Under the pieces are notes generated by a model, which saw nothing but the letters and a program-made list of their open reading frames with translations, did not search any database and had not been told where the DNA came from. 64,000 nucleotides of DNA from an uncultured Candidatus Saccharibacteria bacterium (GTDB taxonomy: Bacteria > Patescibacteriota > Minisyncoccia > Phycocordibacterales > UBA918), in contig CAYGJY010000001.1 in NCBI GenBank assembly GCA_964350645.1, forward strand, positions 142,316 through 206,315, read 5' to 3'. Below are positions 1 to 11,314 of the stretch, in pieces (position 1 is the first letter of the stretch; each line of letters starts with the position of its first letter). Both the position numbers and the translations under genes were made by a program.

Positions 1-400
1 TAAGACGTTGATTATGTCGCCGCGCGGCCAACAATTCACCAATGAACTGGCCAAACAATATGCTAAAAAGTACGACCACTTAGTGCTAATCAGTGGTCGC
101 TATGAAGGACTCGACGCGCGAATTAAAGAAATCACCAACGCCGAAGAGGTGAGTGTGGGTGACTATATTCTAACTGGGGGCGAGCTGCCCGCTTTAGCTA
201 TCATTGATGCGACTGCGCGACAGATTCCTGGAGTACTCGGTGAACAAGAATCACTCGAGGATGACCGAGTAACGACTGGTGAAACTTACACGCGGCCGGA
301 AGTATTTGTCTATAAGAAAAAGCAGTACCGAGTCCCTGAAGTATTTGTGGGTGGCAATCACGCAGAGATTGAAAAGCGTCGTGGCGGCAGCAAAGCCTAA
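1..400 (+). CDS. trmD: tRNA (guanine37-N1)-methyltransferase TrmD, C-terminal portion (5' end lies outside the window)
   Basis: Translation carries TrmD motifs: ISGRYEGLDARI and LTGGELPALAIIDATARQIPGVLG (SPOUT knot, AdoMet pocket). The ORF runs in from the window edge. Confidence 0.8.
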   Translation, partial: KTLIMSPRGQQFTNELAKQYAKKYDHLVLISGRYEGLDARIKEITNAEEVSVGDYILTGGELPALAIIDATARQIPGVLGEQESLEDDRVTTGETYTRPEVFVYKKKQYRVPEVFVGGNHAEIEKRRGGSKA

Positions 401-514
401 GGCTGGTTTTTTAGTTAAAATAAGGCACAACACAAAACAGCGTACGCAAAGCTAGCAGTACGCTTTTTTGTATTGTCGAGAGACAGTTCTATGCTAGTAT
501 CTGAGAGTATTTAT

Positions 515-1354
515 ATGGAAATTCTTGATGGAAAAAAAGTCGCCGATAGCCAAGCAGAGACACTTAAGGAAGCCTTCGCAGCTTTAGACTTCACACCAAA
601 GTTGGTGATTTTTCGCGTGGGGGAGCGGGCGGATTCAAAGAGCTACGTCGAGCGAAAGGTGGCGATGGCAGAGCGTTTGGGAGTACAGGCAGAGGTGGTG
701 CATATGCCTTCGAGTGTCAGTGAGTCAGAATTACTCGCCAGTATTGAAGCGCACAACCAAGCGAGCGACACACACGGCATGATTGTGCAGTTGCCGCTAC
801 CAGAGGGTGTCAATAGTGATCGTATTATCAACGCGATTGATTCGCGTAAGGATGTTGATGGTTTGACCGATCACAACATTGCCAAGTTGGCAGCTAACGA
901 ACCAGGGGTCGTGCCGGCAACACCACGAGGAATCTTGTCTTTGCTTAAGGCCTATGATGTGCCAGTTGCAGGGAAGCATGTGGTGGTGATTGGCCGCTCA
1001 CGCTTGGTGGGGAAAAGTGTCTCACTCTTACTCCAGAATCATGATGCGACGGTCACGATGTGTCACAGTAAGACAACTGATTTGGCCGCTCATACGAGCA
1101 TGGCTGATATCGTGATTGTGGCGACTGGTCAGCAGCGGTTTATTTCGAGCAAACATTTGCGGGACGGGCAGACAGTGATCGACGTCGGTATTGGGGCTGA
1201 CGCTAACGAACGAATTGTCGGCGATGTTGATGTTGAATCGGTACAAGATCTGGATATTAAGCTTTCGCCGGTGCCGGGCGGAGTTGGTCCGATGACGGTC
1301 ATTTCGCTGTTTGAAAATTTGTTGACGGTAGTGAAGGAGTTTCAAAAGAATTAG
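515..1354 (+). CDS. folD: Bifunctional methylene-THF dehydrogenase / methenyl-THF cyclohydrolase FolD
   Basis: The N-terminus MEILDGKKVA is FolD-like. An NAD(P) Rossmann segment VVVIGRSRLVGKSVSLLL and PVPGGVGPMT are present. The start is moved to an internal Met at 515 (the listed ORF begins at 473). Confidence 0.85.
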   Translation: MEILDGKKVADSQAETLKEAFAALDFTPKLVIFRVGERADSKSYVERKVAMAERLGVQAEVVHMPSSVSESELLASIEAHNQASDTHGMIVQLPLPEGVNSDRIINAIDSRKDVDGLTDHNIAKLAANEPGVVPATPRGILSLLKAYDVPVAGKHVVVIGRSRLVGKSVSLLLQNHDATVTMCHSKTTDLAAHTSMADIVIVATGQQRFISSKHLRDGQTVIDVGIGADANERIVGDVDVESVQDLDIKLSPVPGGVGPMTVISLFENLLTVVKEFQKN

Positions 1355-1370
1355 GTAAATTGGAGAGGAT

Positions 1371-1401
1371 AGCTGAGCGGCGGCGAAGCCGCCGCTCAGC
1401 T
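1371..1401. terminator. Perfect 14-bp GC-rich stem-loop downstream of folD (terminator or REP-like element; no U-tract)
   Basis: agctgagcggcggc-gaa-gccgccgctcagct lies directly after the folD stop. Confidence 0.4.
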
Positions 1402-1425
1402 ACCCTGAATTATCAAAATAACTGG

Positions 1426-1453
1426 TTGCACTATTTTGTATATCCTGTATAAT
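1426..1453 (+). promoter_or_regulatory. Candidate sigma-70 promoter for rpoBC (-35 TTGCAC, 16-nt spacer, -10 TATAAT) with a ~190-nt leader
   Basis: TTGCAC at 1426-1431 and TATAAT at 1448-1453 fit a consensus-like arrangement upstream of rpoB. Confidence 0.3.
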
Positions 1454-1641
1454 CTCGCCACTATTTACTCAGATTGAGTCACGGAACGTCGAGTATAAAA
1501 ACGGGGCCTGGGAAACCCCATCTATCATCTAGAGGTGATGTCATTAGTAAACCGTGTATAACTAAAGACACAGCATAAAGAACGCTACGAGCGGGCTTTT
1601 TACGTGTTAGGTGACTGCACAATAATTTATTCATATTTGTT

Positions 1642-4600
1642 ATGAGCACACAAAACGACGCTATCCGATCAGGTGTTTCAGTTGGTAATTTGCCAACTCG
1701 TACTTTCTCTAAGTTCCGCGCTCCTCTGGTAGAGCTACCAGATTTGATTGAACCACAGCGCGAAAGTTTTCGCTGGTTCGTTGAAACAGCTCTGAAAGAA
1801 GTCTTCACTGAGTTTTCACCGATCACTGACTACTCTGAGAAAAAATTTGAACTTGTCTTCAAAAAGTACGAACTAGGAGCTCCAAAGTGCACGCCAGAAT
1901 TCGCAAAGGAAAACAAGCTCACGTACGATGCACCACTGCATGCAACGGTGATTTTGAAGAACAAAACCTTCGAATCAGAAAAAGATCAGGAAATTTTCCT
2001 TGCTGATATTCCAGTGATGACCGACAATGGTACTTTCATCATCAACGGTGTTGAACGTGTGATTGTGCCGCAGCTTGCCCGGTCATATGGTATTTTCTAC
2101 ACCTCTCAAGAACAAAAGGGTAAAACCTACTTTGGCGCTAAAATCATCCCGGCGCGTGGTGCGTGGGTTGAGATCGAGTCAGAACACGACGGCGTTATTT
2201 ACGTCAAAATTGATCGCAAGAAGAAATTCCCAATTACGTCACTCTTGCGTGTATTTGGTCTAACGACAGAAAAAGAAATGCTCGCTCTCTTTAAGGATGT
2301 TGAGCGTGGCGAAGCGTACATTAAAGCCACCCTTGAAAAAGACCCAGCCAAAACAACTGATGACTCATATATCGAAATCTACAAGCGTTTACGTGACGGC
2401 GATCTTGCGACTGTCGATAACGCTAAGGAGTTTGTGAACTCAATCTTTTCTCCAGAGCGATACGATCTTTCAGAGATTGGTCGCCATCACTTTAATGAAC
2501 GAAACGGCCGACCAGTCGATAAAAAAGCGACTGATGAACGAACTATTTCGCTCGAAGATCTTCGCATTATCTTCACCGCAATTATGGAGAAGAACCACAC
2601 TCCAGGAGCGACACCAGACGATATTGACCACCTAGGTTTCCGTCGGATTCGTTACTTTGGTGAAATGGTGCAACAACGAGTACGTGTTGGTATGACACGC
2701 ATGAAGCGAAACATTCAAGATCGTATGAGTACGATTGAGGCCGAAACCTCACTGCCAATTCAGATTCTTAATCCACGACCACTCCAGGCGGCGATTAAAG
2801 AATTCTTCACCACCAACCAGCTATCACAGTTTATGCAACAGCAAAACGTCTTAGCTGAACTCGAAGGTCTGCGGACTATGTCTGCGCTTGGACCAGGTGG
2901 ACTGACGCGCGAACGAGCTGGTTTTGAAGTGCGTGACGTACACACCTCTCACTACGGCCGACTTTGTCCTATTCATACACCAGAAGGACCAAACATTGGT
3001 TTGATTCTTCGCCTCGCTATGTATGCTCGGGTCAATCGCTTCGGTATTATTGAAGCGCCGTATGTAAAGGTAGAGAAAGGAGTAGTCACTGATGAAGTAG
3101 TTTATCTAAACGCCCACGAAGAAGAACAATTCAACATTGCACACGCAGCGGTTGAAGTTGATGCCAAGGGTAAGATTGTTCCAGACTTGGTAGAAGCTCG
3201 GTTCAACGGTGAACCACGGGTAGTGCCACGAAAAGAAATTAGCTACATGGACATTGCTACCAACCAAGCTTTCTCGGTTGCAACTTCAATGATTCCATTT
3301 TTGAACCATGACGATGCCAACCGTACGCTTATGGGTTCAAACATGCAGAAGCAGGCGACTCCGTGTATTATCCCGGAAGCGCCGATTGTAGCGACTGGAG
3401 TAGAAAAAATGGCTGCCCTTGATACTGGTCGAGTAATTACTGCTCACGATGCTGGTGAAGTGATTGAGTGTGACGCCACCTTGATTGTTGTTAAGAACAA
3501 AGATGGTAAGAAGAAAGAGTATCCACTGACAACGTTCCAGCGAACCAATGACTTCTCAGCGTTTTATCATCGTCCAGCAGTGACGGTAGGTGATAAGGTG
3601 AAGCGAGGCGACTTACTCGCCGACACCTCTTCGACTGACAACGGTCAAATGGCCGTGGGACAAAATGCGATGGTGGCGTTCATGAGTTGGTCTGGAGCCA
3701 ACTACGAAGACGCGATTATTATCTCTGAGCGCCTCGTAAAAGAAAGTAAGTTCGCTACGATCCACATGGATGAACTTGATGTATCAGTACGAGACACTAA
3801 GCTTGGTCCAGAAGTAACTACACCAGACATTCCAAACGTCTCAGAACTGAAGCTGCGCAACCTTGATGAGAACGGCATTATCCGTATCGGAGCTGAAATT
3901 CGGCCGGGAGATATTCTAGTTGGTAAGGTGACACCAAAGGGTGAAACGCAACTAACTCCAGAAGAGCGACTACTCCGTTCAATCTTTGGTGAAAAGGCTA
4001 AGGACGTAAAAGATACGTCGCTACGTCTTGAGGCTGGGAAGCGTGGCCGGGTGATTGGGGTCAAAGTCTTCTCACGTGAAAATGGCGATAACCTCGAAAG
4101 TGGCGTGATTAAGCGCATTCATATTACCGTTGCTCAGGTACGAAACGTATCAGTCGGTGACAAGCTGGCTGGACGACACGGTAACAAGGGAGTTATTTCA
4201 CGAATTCTTCCTGAGGAAGACATGCCATACACAGAAGACGGTAAGCCAGTTGATATTCTTCTGACACCACTTGGTGTGCCGTCTCGTATGAACTTGGGAC
4301 AAATTCTAGAGCTTCACCTTGGAATGGCAGCTAACACTATCGGCTATCAAGCGGTCGTTCCACCATTTGGCGGAGCAACTGAAAATGAAGTGAAAGCGGA
4401 ACTCACTGAAGCTGGTCTGCCAACTGACGGAAAGGTACAGCTCCGTGATGGACGAACTGGAGAAGAATTTGCACAGAAAACAGCGATTGGTTACATGTAT
4501 ATCTTGAAGCTGCACCACATGGTGGAAGACAAGATTCACATGCGTTCGATTGGACCATACTCACTTATCACTCAACAACCACTCGGAGGAAAGGCACAGA

Positions 4601-4848
4601 TTGGAGGACAGCGATTCGGGGAAATGGAAGTATGGGCACTCCTTGGATATGGAGCGGCCTACACCCTGCGAGAAATGCTTACCATCAAGTCAGATGATAT
4701 TGTCGGACGAAGTGCAGCCTTTGATTCGATTGTACGCGGTGAGAAAATATCACATCCGCATACACCAGCGGCTTTCAACGTCTTGGTCAATCAGTTGCGA
4801 GGATTATCACTTGACGTTAATCTCGCTCGTGAAGAGCGTGATGTGTAG
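1642..4848 (+). CDS. rpoB: DNA-directed RNA polymerase subunit beta
   Basis: The 1068-aa product has RpoB signatures throughout, e.g. GRHGNKGVISRILPEEDMPY and PSRMNLGQILELHLG. It is directly followed by rpoC. Confidence 0.97.
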   Translation: MSTQNDAIRSGVSVGNLPTRTFSKFRAPLVELPDLIEPQRESFRWFVETALKEVFTEFSPITDYSEKKFELVFKKYELGAPKCTPEFAKENKLTYDAPLHATVILKNKTFESEKDQEIFLADIPVMTDNGTFIINGVERVIVPQLARSYGIFYTSQEQKGKTYFGAKIIPARGAWVEIESEHDGVIYVKIDRKKKFPITSLLRVFGLTTEKEMLALFKDVERGEAYIKATLEKDPAKTTDDSYIEIYKRLRDGDLATVDNAKEFVNSIFSPERYDLSEIGRHHFNERNGRPVDKKATDERTISLEDLRIIFTAIMEKNHTPGATPDDIDHLGFRRIRYFGEMVQQRVRVGMTRMKRNIQDRMSTIEAETSLPIQILNPRPLQAAIKEFFTTNQLSQFMQQQNVLAELEGLRTMSALGPGGLTRERAGFEVRDVHTSHYGRLCPIHTPEGPNIGLILRLAMYARVNRFGIIEAPYVKVEKGVVTDEVVYLNAHEEEQFNIAHAAVEVDAKGKIVPDLVEARFNGEPRVVPRKEISYMDIATNQAFSVATSMIPFLNHDDANRTLMGSNMQKQATPCIIPEAPIVATGVEKMAALDTGRVITAHDAGEVIECDATLIVVKNKDGKKKEYPLTTFQRTNDFSAFYHRPAVTVGDKVKRGDLLADTSSTDNGQMAVGQNAMVAFMSWSGANYEDAIIISERLVKESKFATIHMDELDVSVRDTKLGPEVTTPDIPNVSELKLRNLDENGIIRIGAEIRPGDILVGKVTPKGETQLTPEERLLRSIFGEKAKDVKDTSLRLEAGKRGRVIGVKVFSRENGDNLESGVIKRIHITVAQVRNVSVGDKLAGRHGNKGVISRILPEEDMPYTEDGKPVDILLTPLGVPSRMNLGQILELHLGMAANTIGYQAVVPPFGGATENEVKAELTEAGLPTDGKVQLRDGRTGEEFAQKTAIGYMYILKLHHMVEDKIHMRSIGPYSLITQQPLGGKAQIGGQRFGEMEVWALLGYGAAYTLREMLTIKSDDIVGRSAAFDSIVRGEKISHPHTPAAFNVLVNQLRGLSLDVNLAREERDV

Positions 4849-4871
4849 TCGTCTCTAATTACATTTATAGT

Positions 4872-7800
4872 ATGGAAACAGAAACAAATACAATCAACAA
4901 ACACAGCCGTGTACAAGGCAGTCGACCACGTCAAATCCCGCAACAGTTCAGCGGAGTAAGTTTGAAGCTTGCTTCACCAGAACGAATCCTGGAGTGGTCA
5001 CACGGTGAAATCACCAAACCAGAGACGATCAACTATCGCACCCAGCGACCAGAAAAACACGGTCTATTCGATGAACGAATTTTTGGACCAGTCGAAGACT
5101 ACGAATGTTCGTGTAAAAAATACCGCGGTATTCGCTACAAAGGCATTACATGCGAAAAATGTGGTGTTGAAGTAACTCGTTCAATTGTGCGACGCGAACG
5201 AATGGGACACATCAACCTATGTGTACCGGTATCACACATCTGGTTTCTTCGTGGCATTCCAAGTCGTATCGCGCTGATCCTCGGTATTACCGCTTCAGAT
5301 GTTGAAAAGGTAGTTTACTTTGCGGGCTACATCGTGACCAAAGTCGCTGAGTCAGAACGGGCACGTCTTTTGAATGAACTAGATACTGAGTACAAAAACA
5401 AACTCAAAGAACTCCAAAATGATGATGCAAAAGTTGAGCTGAAGTCACGCATGGACGAGACTAAGAAGGAGATTGAAAAAATCAAAGCTGGTACGGTTCT
5501 CGATGAAACCAACTTCCATAAGTTTTCAATGAAGTATTCGACCTTGTTTGAGGCGCGCATTGGTGCTGAATCAATCTTTGAACTCTTCAAGCAAATTGAT
5601 ATGGTGGCGCTTCGAGAGCGACTTGAAACTGAACGAGAAACAGCCGGAGCGGCTGAGCGAGCGAAGCTCGACAAACGACTGTCACTCATCCGGGGTATGA
5701 TCCAGGCTGAAGTACGTCCTGAGTGGATGTTTTTGACGAACATTCCAGTTATTCCACCAGCCTTGCGTCCAATGGTTGCACTTGAAGGCGGACGACATGC
5801 ATCGTCTGATCTCAACGATCTCTACCGACGTGTGATCAACCGAAACAATCGTCTCAAGAAGTTGATCGATATTATGGCTCCAGACGTGATCTTGCGAAAC
5901 GAGAAGCGTATTTTGCAAGAAGCGGTTGATGCACTGATCGACAACTCAATCCGACACGGCAACACTGCCTACTCAGCCATGAGTCAGGCGCAACGACGAC
6001 CACTCAAGTCACTTTCTGATTACCTTAAGAGTAAGCAAGGGTACTTCCGACAGAACCTTCTTGGTAAGCGAGTTGATTACTCAGGTCGTTCAGTGATCGT
6101 GATTGGTCCAGACCTTGAACTTGACCAATGTGGTCTACCAAAGCACATGGCTCTTGAACTTTTCCGTCCGTTTGTTATCGCACAACTCTTGGAACAAGAA
6201 CTCGCGTATAACATTCGTGGAGCTGGTCGTCTGATTGAAGATGGTGTGCCAGAAGTGTGGGCAATTCTGGAAGACGTGATTCGCGAGAAACACGTGCTCC
6301 TTAACCGCGCACCAACCCTCCACCGACAAGGTATTCAGGCGTTTCGCCCAGTACTGATTGAAGGTAACGCGATTCAGGTTCATCCACTCGTGTGTACGGC
6401 CTTTAACGCTGACTTCGATGGGGACCAAATGGCAGTGCACGTGCCGCTCTCTGATGAAGCTCAGATGGAAGCTCGAGAAATGATCTCAGCGAACAAGAAT
6501 GTTCTGAAGCCGGGTTCAGGTGAGCCAGTAGTATCAGAGTCTCTGATGGATATGGCGCTCGGAGCCTTCTGGATGACAAAGATTGTTGAAGGCGCTCACG
6601 GTGAAGGTAAATTTTTCAGCTCACCAAACGACGCGATTAATGCCTATGATTTTGGCATCGTTGATTTCCGGGCCAAGATTAAGGTGCTTGCAACTGATAC
6701 ACCAAAGTATGCTGAATATGAAGAAGGTCTGTTTGAGACTTCAGTTGGACGACTTCTCTTCAACTCAGTTTTGCCAAGCGATCATAAGTTTGTGAACGAC
6801 ATCGTTAGTCAACGTGATCTCTTCGCGGTTGTGATTGACTTGATCGATGACCAAGGAGTTGATGTGGTTCCGAAAGTGGTCAACAAGATCAAGAAATTTG
6901 GTTTCAAGTACGCAACGCAGTCAGGAACCACTTGGGGAATTGATGAAGTAACTGTGCCGGAGGAAAAGGCAGGCATTATTGCTGCTGCCCGTGAAAAAGA
7001 ATTTATCATTCGTGAACAATTTGCAAATGGTCTTCTCTCACGTGATGAACGACGACGATTGATTGTTGAAATTTGGCACTTAGCTAAAACTGAAATTGAG
7101 GAAGTGATCCCACTTAAAATGGACCAAAATGGTTCCGCCTTTGACCTTTGGAAGTCTGGAGCGCGAGGTTCTATGCGTCAGATTGCTCAAATGGTAGGTA
7201 TGAAGGGACTGATGGTTAATACTCGAGGAGAAACCCTTGAGTTCCCAGTATTATCTTCGATGAAAGAGGGTATGACACCAATCGAGTACTTCAACACCAC
7301 TCACGGTTCACGAAAGGGTCTTGCTGACACAGCGCTTCAAACTGCTAAGGCAGGATACCTTACGCGACGACTCTTCGTTGTTGCGCAAGATGCGATCGTT
7401 ACTGAAGACAATTGTAAGACAAAAGAAGGAACAGAGATTAACCGTATTTCTGCTTCAGGTATTGAGATTGCTTTCTCAAAGGCTATTAAAGGACGAATCC
7501 TCGCTGAAGATGCTGTCGACAGTAAGGGGGTTGTGATCTTCAAGAAAGGACACATGATTTCTCGCCGTGATGCAATTGCGATCGAGGGTACTACGTGTGA
7601 GTCGGTAATCGTTCGCTCGCCGATGACCTGTGCAACACTCCGTGGAGTCTGTCAGCAGTGTTATGGAGTAGACCTTACTACCAATGCGATTGTTGATATT
7701 GGTGAAGCGGTTGGAACTGTTGCTGCCCAAGCAATTGGTGAACCGGGTACACAGCTCACGATGAACACCAAGCACCTTGGGGGTACCTCTGCCGCTGGTG

Positions 7801-8570
7801 GAGACGTAACACAAGGTTTGCCACGTGTAGAAGAGGTTTTTGAGAAACGACTACCGAAGATTCCAGCGGTGATTAGTAAGACTAATGGAGTTGTAACTGA
7901 AATTCGTCGTGAAGGTAAGGATCAAGTGATTGTAGTGGTACCAGAAAAAGGTGCTAAGCACGCTAAGAAGACCAGCGATCACCTCGAGTATGAAGTAAAC
8001 TTCCGACGTATGGTGACTGTGTCAGTTGGCGATGACGTCACTGAAGGTCAACTTATGACTGACGGTTCAGCACACTTGCCTGACCTCTTTAAGTTTGGTG
8101 GCAAAGAAATTACCCAAGACTACATCATTGCTGAAATTAACAAGATCTACGAACTGCAAGGTGTAACGATTGCCCGTAAACACATTGAGCTCATTGTGAA
8201 GCAGATGATGAGTCGAGTGAAGGTGACTGTCCCAGGTGATACTCACTTCACGCCAGGAGATGTGGTTGAAGAGTGGATCTTTGTAGAAACTAACGAAGCC
8301 GCGAAAGCTAGTGGTGGTGAAGTCGCAAAAGCGGACAAGCTCATCATGGGTATCACTGAGACCTCACTCTCACGTAAAAGTTTCCTATCAGCCGCATCGT
8401 TCCAGAACACTACTCGGGTGTTGATTAATGCAGCGGTCCGAGGTTCAGAAGATAACCTCGCTGGTTTGATGGAAAACGTGATCATCGGTCGCCTGATCCC
8501 AGCTGGAACTGGCTACAAGGGTTCAAACAAGCAAGAAATGATTGCTGCTGCTTTCCCGAAGCACGACTAA
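4872..8570 (+). CDS. rpoC: DNA-directed RNA polymerase subunit beta'
   Basis: The 1232-aa product has the zinc-finger [21 protein letters not shown], the catalytic [16 protein letters not shown] motif and the trigger-loop region. Confidence 0.97.
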   Translation: METETNTINKHSRVQGSRPRQIPQQFSGVSLKLASPERILEWSHGEITKPETINYRTQRPEKHGLFDERIFGPVEDYECSCKKYRGIRYKGITCEKCGVEVTRSIVRRERMGHINLCVPVSHIWFLRGIPSRIALILGITASDVEKVVYFAGYIVTKVAESERARLLNELDTEYKNKLKELQNDDAKVELKSRMDETKKEIEKIKAGTVLDETNFHKFSMKYSTLFEARIGAESIFELFKQIDMVALRERLETERETAGAAERAKLDKRLSLIRGMIQAEVRPEWMFLTNIPVIPPALRPMVALEGGRHASSDLNDLYRRVINRNNRLKKLIDIMAPDVILRNEKRILQEAVDALIDNSIRHGNTAYSAMSQAQRRPLKSLSDYLKSKQGYFRQNLLGKRVDYSGRSVIVIGPDLELDQCGLPKHMALELFRPFVIAQLLEQELAYNIRGAGRLIEDGVPEVWAILEDVIREKHVLLNRAPTLHRQGIQAFRPVLIEGNAIQVHPLVCTAFNADFDGDQMAVHVPLSDEAQMEAREMISANKNVLKPGSGEPVVSESLMDMALGAFWMTKIVEGAHGEGKFFSSPNDAINAYDFGIVDFRAKIKVLATDTPKYAEYEEGLFETSVGRLLFNSVLPSDHKFVNDIVSQRDLFAVVIDLIDDQGVDVVPKVVNKIKKFGFKYATQSGTTWGIDEVTVPEEKAGIIAAAREKEFIIREQFANGLLSRDERRRLIVEIWHLAKTEIEEVIPLKMDQNGSAFDLWKSGARGSMRQIAQMVGMKGLMVNTRGETLEFPVLSSMKEGMTPIEYFNTTHGSRKGLADTALQTAKAGYLTRRLFVVAQDAIVTEDNCKTKEGTEINRISASGIEIAFSKAIKGRILAEDAVDSKGVVIFKKGHMISRRDAIAIEGTTCESVIVRSPMTCATLRGVCQQCYGVDLTTNAIVDIGEAVGTVAAQAIGEPGTQLTMNTKHLGGTSAAGGDVTQGLPRVEEVFEKRLPKIPAVISKTNGVVTEIRREGKDQVIVVVPEKGAKHAKKTSDHLEYEVNFRRMVTVSVGDDVTEGQLMTDGSAHLPDLFKFGGKEITQDYIIAEINKIYELQGVTIARKHIELIVKQMMSRVKVTVPGDTHFTPGDVVEEWIFVETNEAAKASGGEVAKADKLIMGITETSLSRKSFLSAASFQNTTRVLINAAVRGSEDNLAGLMENVIIGRLIPAGTGYKGSNKQEMIAAAFPKHD

Positions 8571-8596
8571 TCAGACAGGGGAGAGATGAATATCAC

Positions 8597-8626
8597 AAAA
8601 GGCCGGCGCAAAGCGCCGGCCTTTTG
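8597..8626 (+). terminator. Rho-independent terminator after rpoC
   Basis: aaaaggccggcgc-aaa-gcgccggcc is followed by TTTTGTGAT. Confidence 0.6.
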
Positions 8627-8643
8627 TGATACAGTATCTCTAT

Positions 8644-9396
8644 ATGCAATTTCTATTCTTCGCGATTGTAGTTTTCGTCTTGGTATTTCCAATCAAACTC
8701 TTGCAGATAATTGCTCGTAGGCTGTTCGCACAACCAGTGTCACTTTTCTGGTCTGCTGCTGTGGTGAGTATTTTTTATGTGGCATCGCTTGCTCTGACAT
8801 TCCTGAGTTCCCTCTTGTTTTCGATGAATCTCTGGGCGGAAATAGTGTTGTTGTGTTCGTTACAATTTGGACTGTTACTGCTCTTGATATATATGCTGTT
8901 GTCAGCCCCCTCGTTAAAGCGGGCAGCTGCCGTTACTGGTCTGCATATATGTGGGGGTATTATATGTACGTTAGTGTTTGTGATCGTTGTGCGACTGTTT
9001 TTGTTCTCACCATTCGTTGTCTCTGGCGAAGCTATGAGCCCAGGGTATGTTACCGGTGATTACTTAGTTATAAATCTACTACAAGAAAAGTATCAGCCAG
9101 GAGATGTCGTCGTTTACAAGTATCCTAGAGACCCATCAAGGTTCTTCATTCATCGGATAGTAGGTGTCCCTGGTGATCAGGTGAGAATAGAAGATGGCAT
9201 ATTGTATATAAATGGTGAGCCTGAAAGCGGTTACTTTCATACAGCAATGGATAAGTCTACGAACCTCGAAGAACGACTCGGTCGCGATGAGTATTTCCTC
9301 ATGGGGGATAATCGTGATCACAGTAGTGATTCACGTATTTTTGGAGTGGTGCAAAGAAAATTCATCCAAGGTACACCTGTCAAATTTGGTTTCTAA
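8644..9396 (+). CDS. lepB: Signal peptidase I (S26) with an extended multi-helix hydrophobic N-terminal region
   Basis: The catalytic Ser box SGEAMSPGY and the C-terminal GDNRDHSSDSRIFG box are present. The start is uncertain: the listed ORF begins at 8626, inside the rpoC terminator, and 8644 is the first ATG after it. Confidence 0.7.
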   Translation: MQFLFFAIVVFVLVFPIKLLQIIARRLFAQPVSLFWSAAVVSIFYVASLALTFLSSLLFSMNLWAEIVLLCSLQFGLLLLLIYMLLSAPSLKRAAAVTGLHICGGIICTLVFVIVVRLFLFSPFVVSGEAMSPGYVTGDYLVINLLQEKYQPGDVVVYKYPRDPSRFFIHRIVGVPGDQVRIEDGILYINGEPESGYFHTAMDKSTNLEERLGRDEYFLMGDNRDHSSDSRIFGVVQRKFIQGTPVKFGF

Positions 9397-9454
9397 TTAG
9401 GCTCTTTTTAGCCATTTAGCGTTGATTGCCGATTTCGCGTATAATAGCTTCATT

Positions 9455-11227
9455 ATGGCTTCCGGTGATGCAGTGCAGCAAATTAAAGATCGTTTGTCGA
9501 TTGTTGACGTGGTGGCACCGTATGTCGAACTGCATCAAGCGGGGAAAAATCTAAAAGGAAAATCTCCCTTTACCCCCGAAAAAACCCCGTCGTTTTTTGT
9601 ATCACCTGATCGAGGTATGTATTACTGCTTCTCGACCAGTAAAGGTGGCGACATGTTCACTTTTGTGCAGGAGATGGAAGGAGTGGATTTCAAAGAAGCC
9701 TTGAAGCAACTCGCCGAAAAGGCGGGCGTAGAGCTGGTAGCCGAGGATCCTCAAAAACGAACCGAACGAGAGCAGGGGTATTCAATCCTCGATACTGCTA
9801 CCACTTTCTTTACTACTAAGCTGAGTGATACACCAAGTGCTCGTGAGTATCTTAAGGATCGTGGCGTGACTGGCGAAACCATCGCTCGTTGGCGTCTTGG
9901 ATACGCCCCAGGCCCACCGACTGGTGGCTGGCGCGACTTGCGAACTCATCTCACGAGCAAAAATTTTACTGATGCTCAGCAGCAGAAAGCTGGCTTGATT
10001 AAAACGGCTGGTGAAGGGAAGGAGCCGTACGATGTGTTTCGTGATCGAGTAATGTTTCCAATTTTTGATGCGGGAGGGAAAGTAGTGGCGTTTTCGGGAC
10101 GGATTCTCACTAAAGATACTGAAGCGCCGAAATATGTAAATTCACCTGAAACTGAATTTTTTAACAAATCTGAGATTCTCTATGGCTATGACAAAGCTAA
10201 GCAGGGGATTCGAAAGTTTGACTTTAGTTTGATTGTTGAAGGGCAATTCGACGTGGTTTTGTGCCACCAGGCCGGCTACAACAATACCGTAGCTGTTTCC
10301 GGAACAGCCCTGACTGCTCATCATGTTGGACTCTTGCAAAGAGTATCAAACCGTGTTGTGTTGGCTCTTGATTCAGATCGAGCGGGGATTGCAGCGGTGA
10401 AACGAGCCGCAGACCTCATGCTTGTACGAGGGATCGATGTTAAGGTAGCACAAATTCCTGATGGACAAGATCCGGCAGACATCATCAAAGCAGATCCAGC
10501 TTCGTTTAAAAATATTATTGGTCATTCAACGCACGTGATCAACTTTTTATTGGCAATTTTAAAATCAGATGCTAAAGACGAGCGCACCTATAAGCTTCGA
10601 GTGCGTGATGAAGTCTTGCCCTACATTGTAAAAATGGATAATAAAATTGATGCCGATCACTTTGAAGGAGTAGTAGCAACGGCGATCGATACGACAAAAG
10701 ATGCCGTGCATGCTGAGGTAATGCGGATTCGGGAGGAACAAGCTGCTAAGCCTAAGTCTATTGGAGCGGTGATTGAAAAGCGGGTGGCACCGAGTGGTTC
10801 GACAGATTCGCAAACACGACAAGCCGACCTCCTGAGTTACTTACTGGTTGCTGCTGATCTAATTGAGGTAGAAAAAAAACAACGTCTTGAAAATGCTTTA
10901 GAAAACATTACTGGGAAAACAGCCGTTGAACTAACCGACGTACTTGATCCTGCGAAGCGTAGTAAGCTTCTGTTTACACTTGAACAAGATTTTGCGAAGT
11001 TGTCATTATTGCAATTAGTGGATGAACTTGATTCAAAGCTGCGTGAGTTTCATATGCAGACAATTCGCACCAAACTAACTACACAAAAAAATGCTTTATC
11101 TGAAGCAGAGCAAACTGGTGATGGGGAGGCCGCTGAAGCGATCCTGGCTACTATTTTAGAGTTGCAGAAAGAAATGGCTCTGGCTGGCGTACCAGAGAGT
11201 GTCCTTAGTCCGCAAGTGGACGTTTAG
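9455..11227 (+). CDS. dnaG: DNA primase DnaG
   Basis: The N-terminus VQQIKDRLSIVDVV is DnaG-like. The zinc-ribbon region is EKTPSFFVSPDRGMYYCF, the TOPRIM region is LIVEGQFDVVLCHQAGY and ALDSDRAGIAA follows. The start is set at Met 9455 after a TATAAT at 9440-9445. Confidence 0.85.
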   Translation: MASGDAVQQIKDRLSIVDVVAPYVELHQAGKNLKGKSPFTPEKTPSFFVSPDRGMYYCFSTSKGGDMFTFVQEMEGVDFKEALKQLAEKAGVELVAEDPQKRTEREQGYSILDTATTFFTTKLSDTPSAREYLKDRGVTGETIARWRLGYAPGPPTGGWRDLRTHLTSKNFTDAQQQKAGLIKTAGEGKEPYDVFRDRVMFPIFDAGGKVVAFSGRILTKDTEAPKYVNSPETEFFNKSEILYGYDKAKQGIRKFDFSLIVEGQFDVVLCHQAGYNNTVAVSGTALTAHHVGLLQRVSNRVVLALDSDRAGIAAVKRAADLMLVRGIDVKVAQIPDGQDPADIIKADPASFKNIIGHSTHVINFLLAILKSDAKDERTYKLRVRDEVLPYIVKMDNKIDADHFEGVVATAIDTTKDAVHAEVMRIREEQAAKPKSIGAVIEKRVAPSGSTDSQTRQADLLSYLLVAADLIEVEKKQRLENALENITGKTAVELTDVLDPAKRSKLLFTLEQDFAKLSLLQLVDELDSKLREFHMQTIRTKLTTQKNALSEAEQTGDGEAAEAILATILELQKEMALAGVPESVLSPQVDV

Positions 11228-11314
11228 GGCTAGTATTTTAAGGAAAATACTGTATAGTTGGGCACATTATACCGGCATGAGAACATGTTCGGTTGGGATT
11301 GCGTATTCGCACAC

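Noticed and set aside
4550-4858. A 102-aa ORF overlaps the 3' end of rpoB in another frame.
   Set aside because: It lies entirely within the conserved RpoB C-terminus and has no independent signals.
5327-5815. A 162-aa ORF (and others such as 6135-6440 and 7476-7814) lies on the minus strand inside rpoC.
   Set aside because: These are antisense to a highly conserved essential gene and have low-complexity Ser/Arg-rich translations. They are shadow ORFs.
8626-8643. The listed ORF start for lepB at 8626 was considered.
   Set aside because: It lies inside the rpoC terminator hairpin. The first in-frame ATG after the terminator (8644) or a later Met is more plausible.
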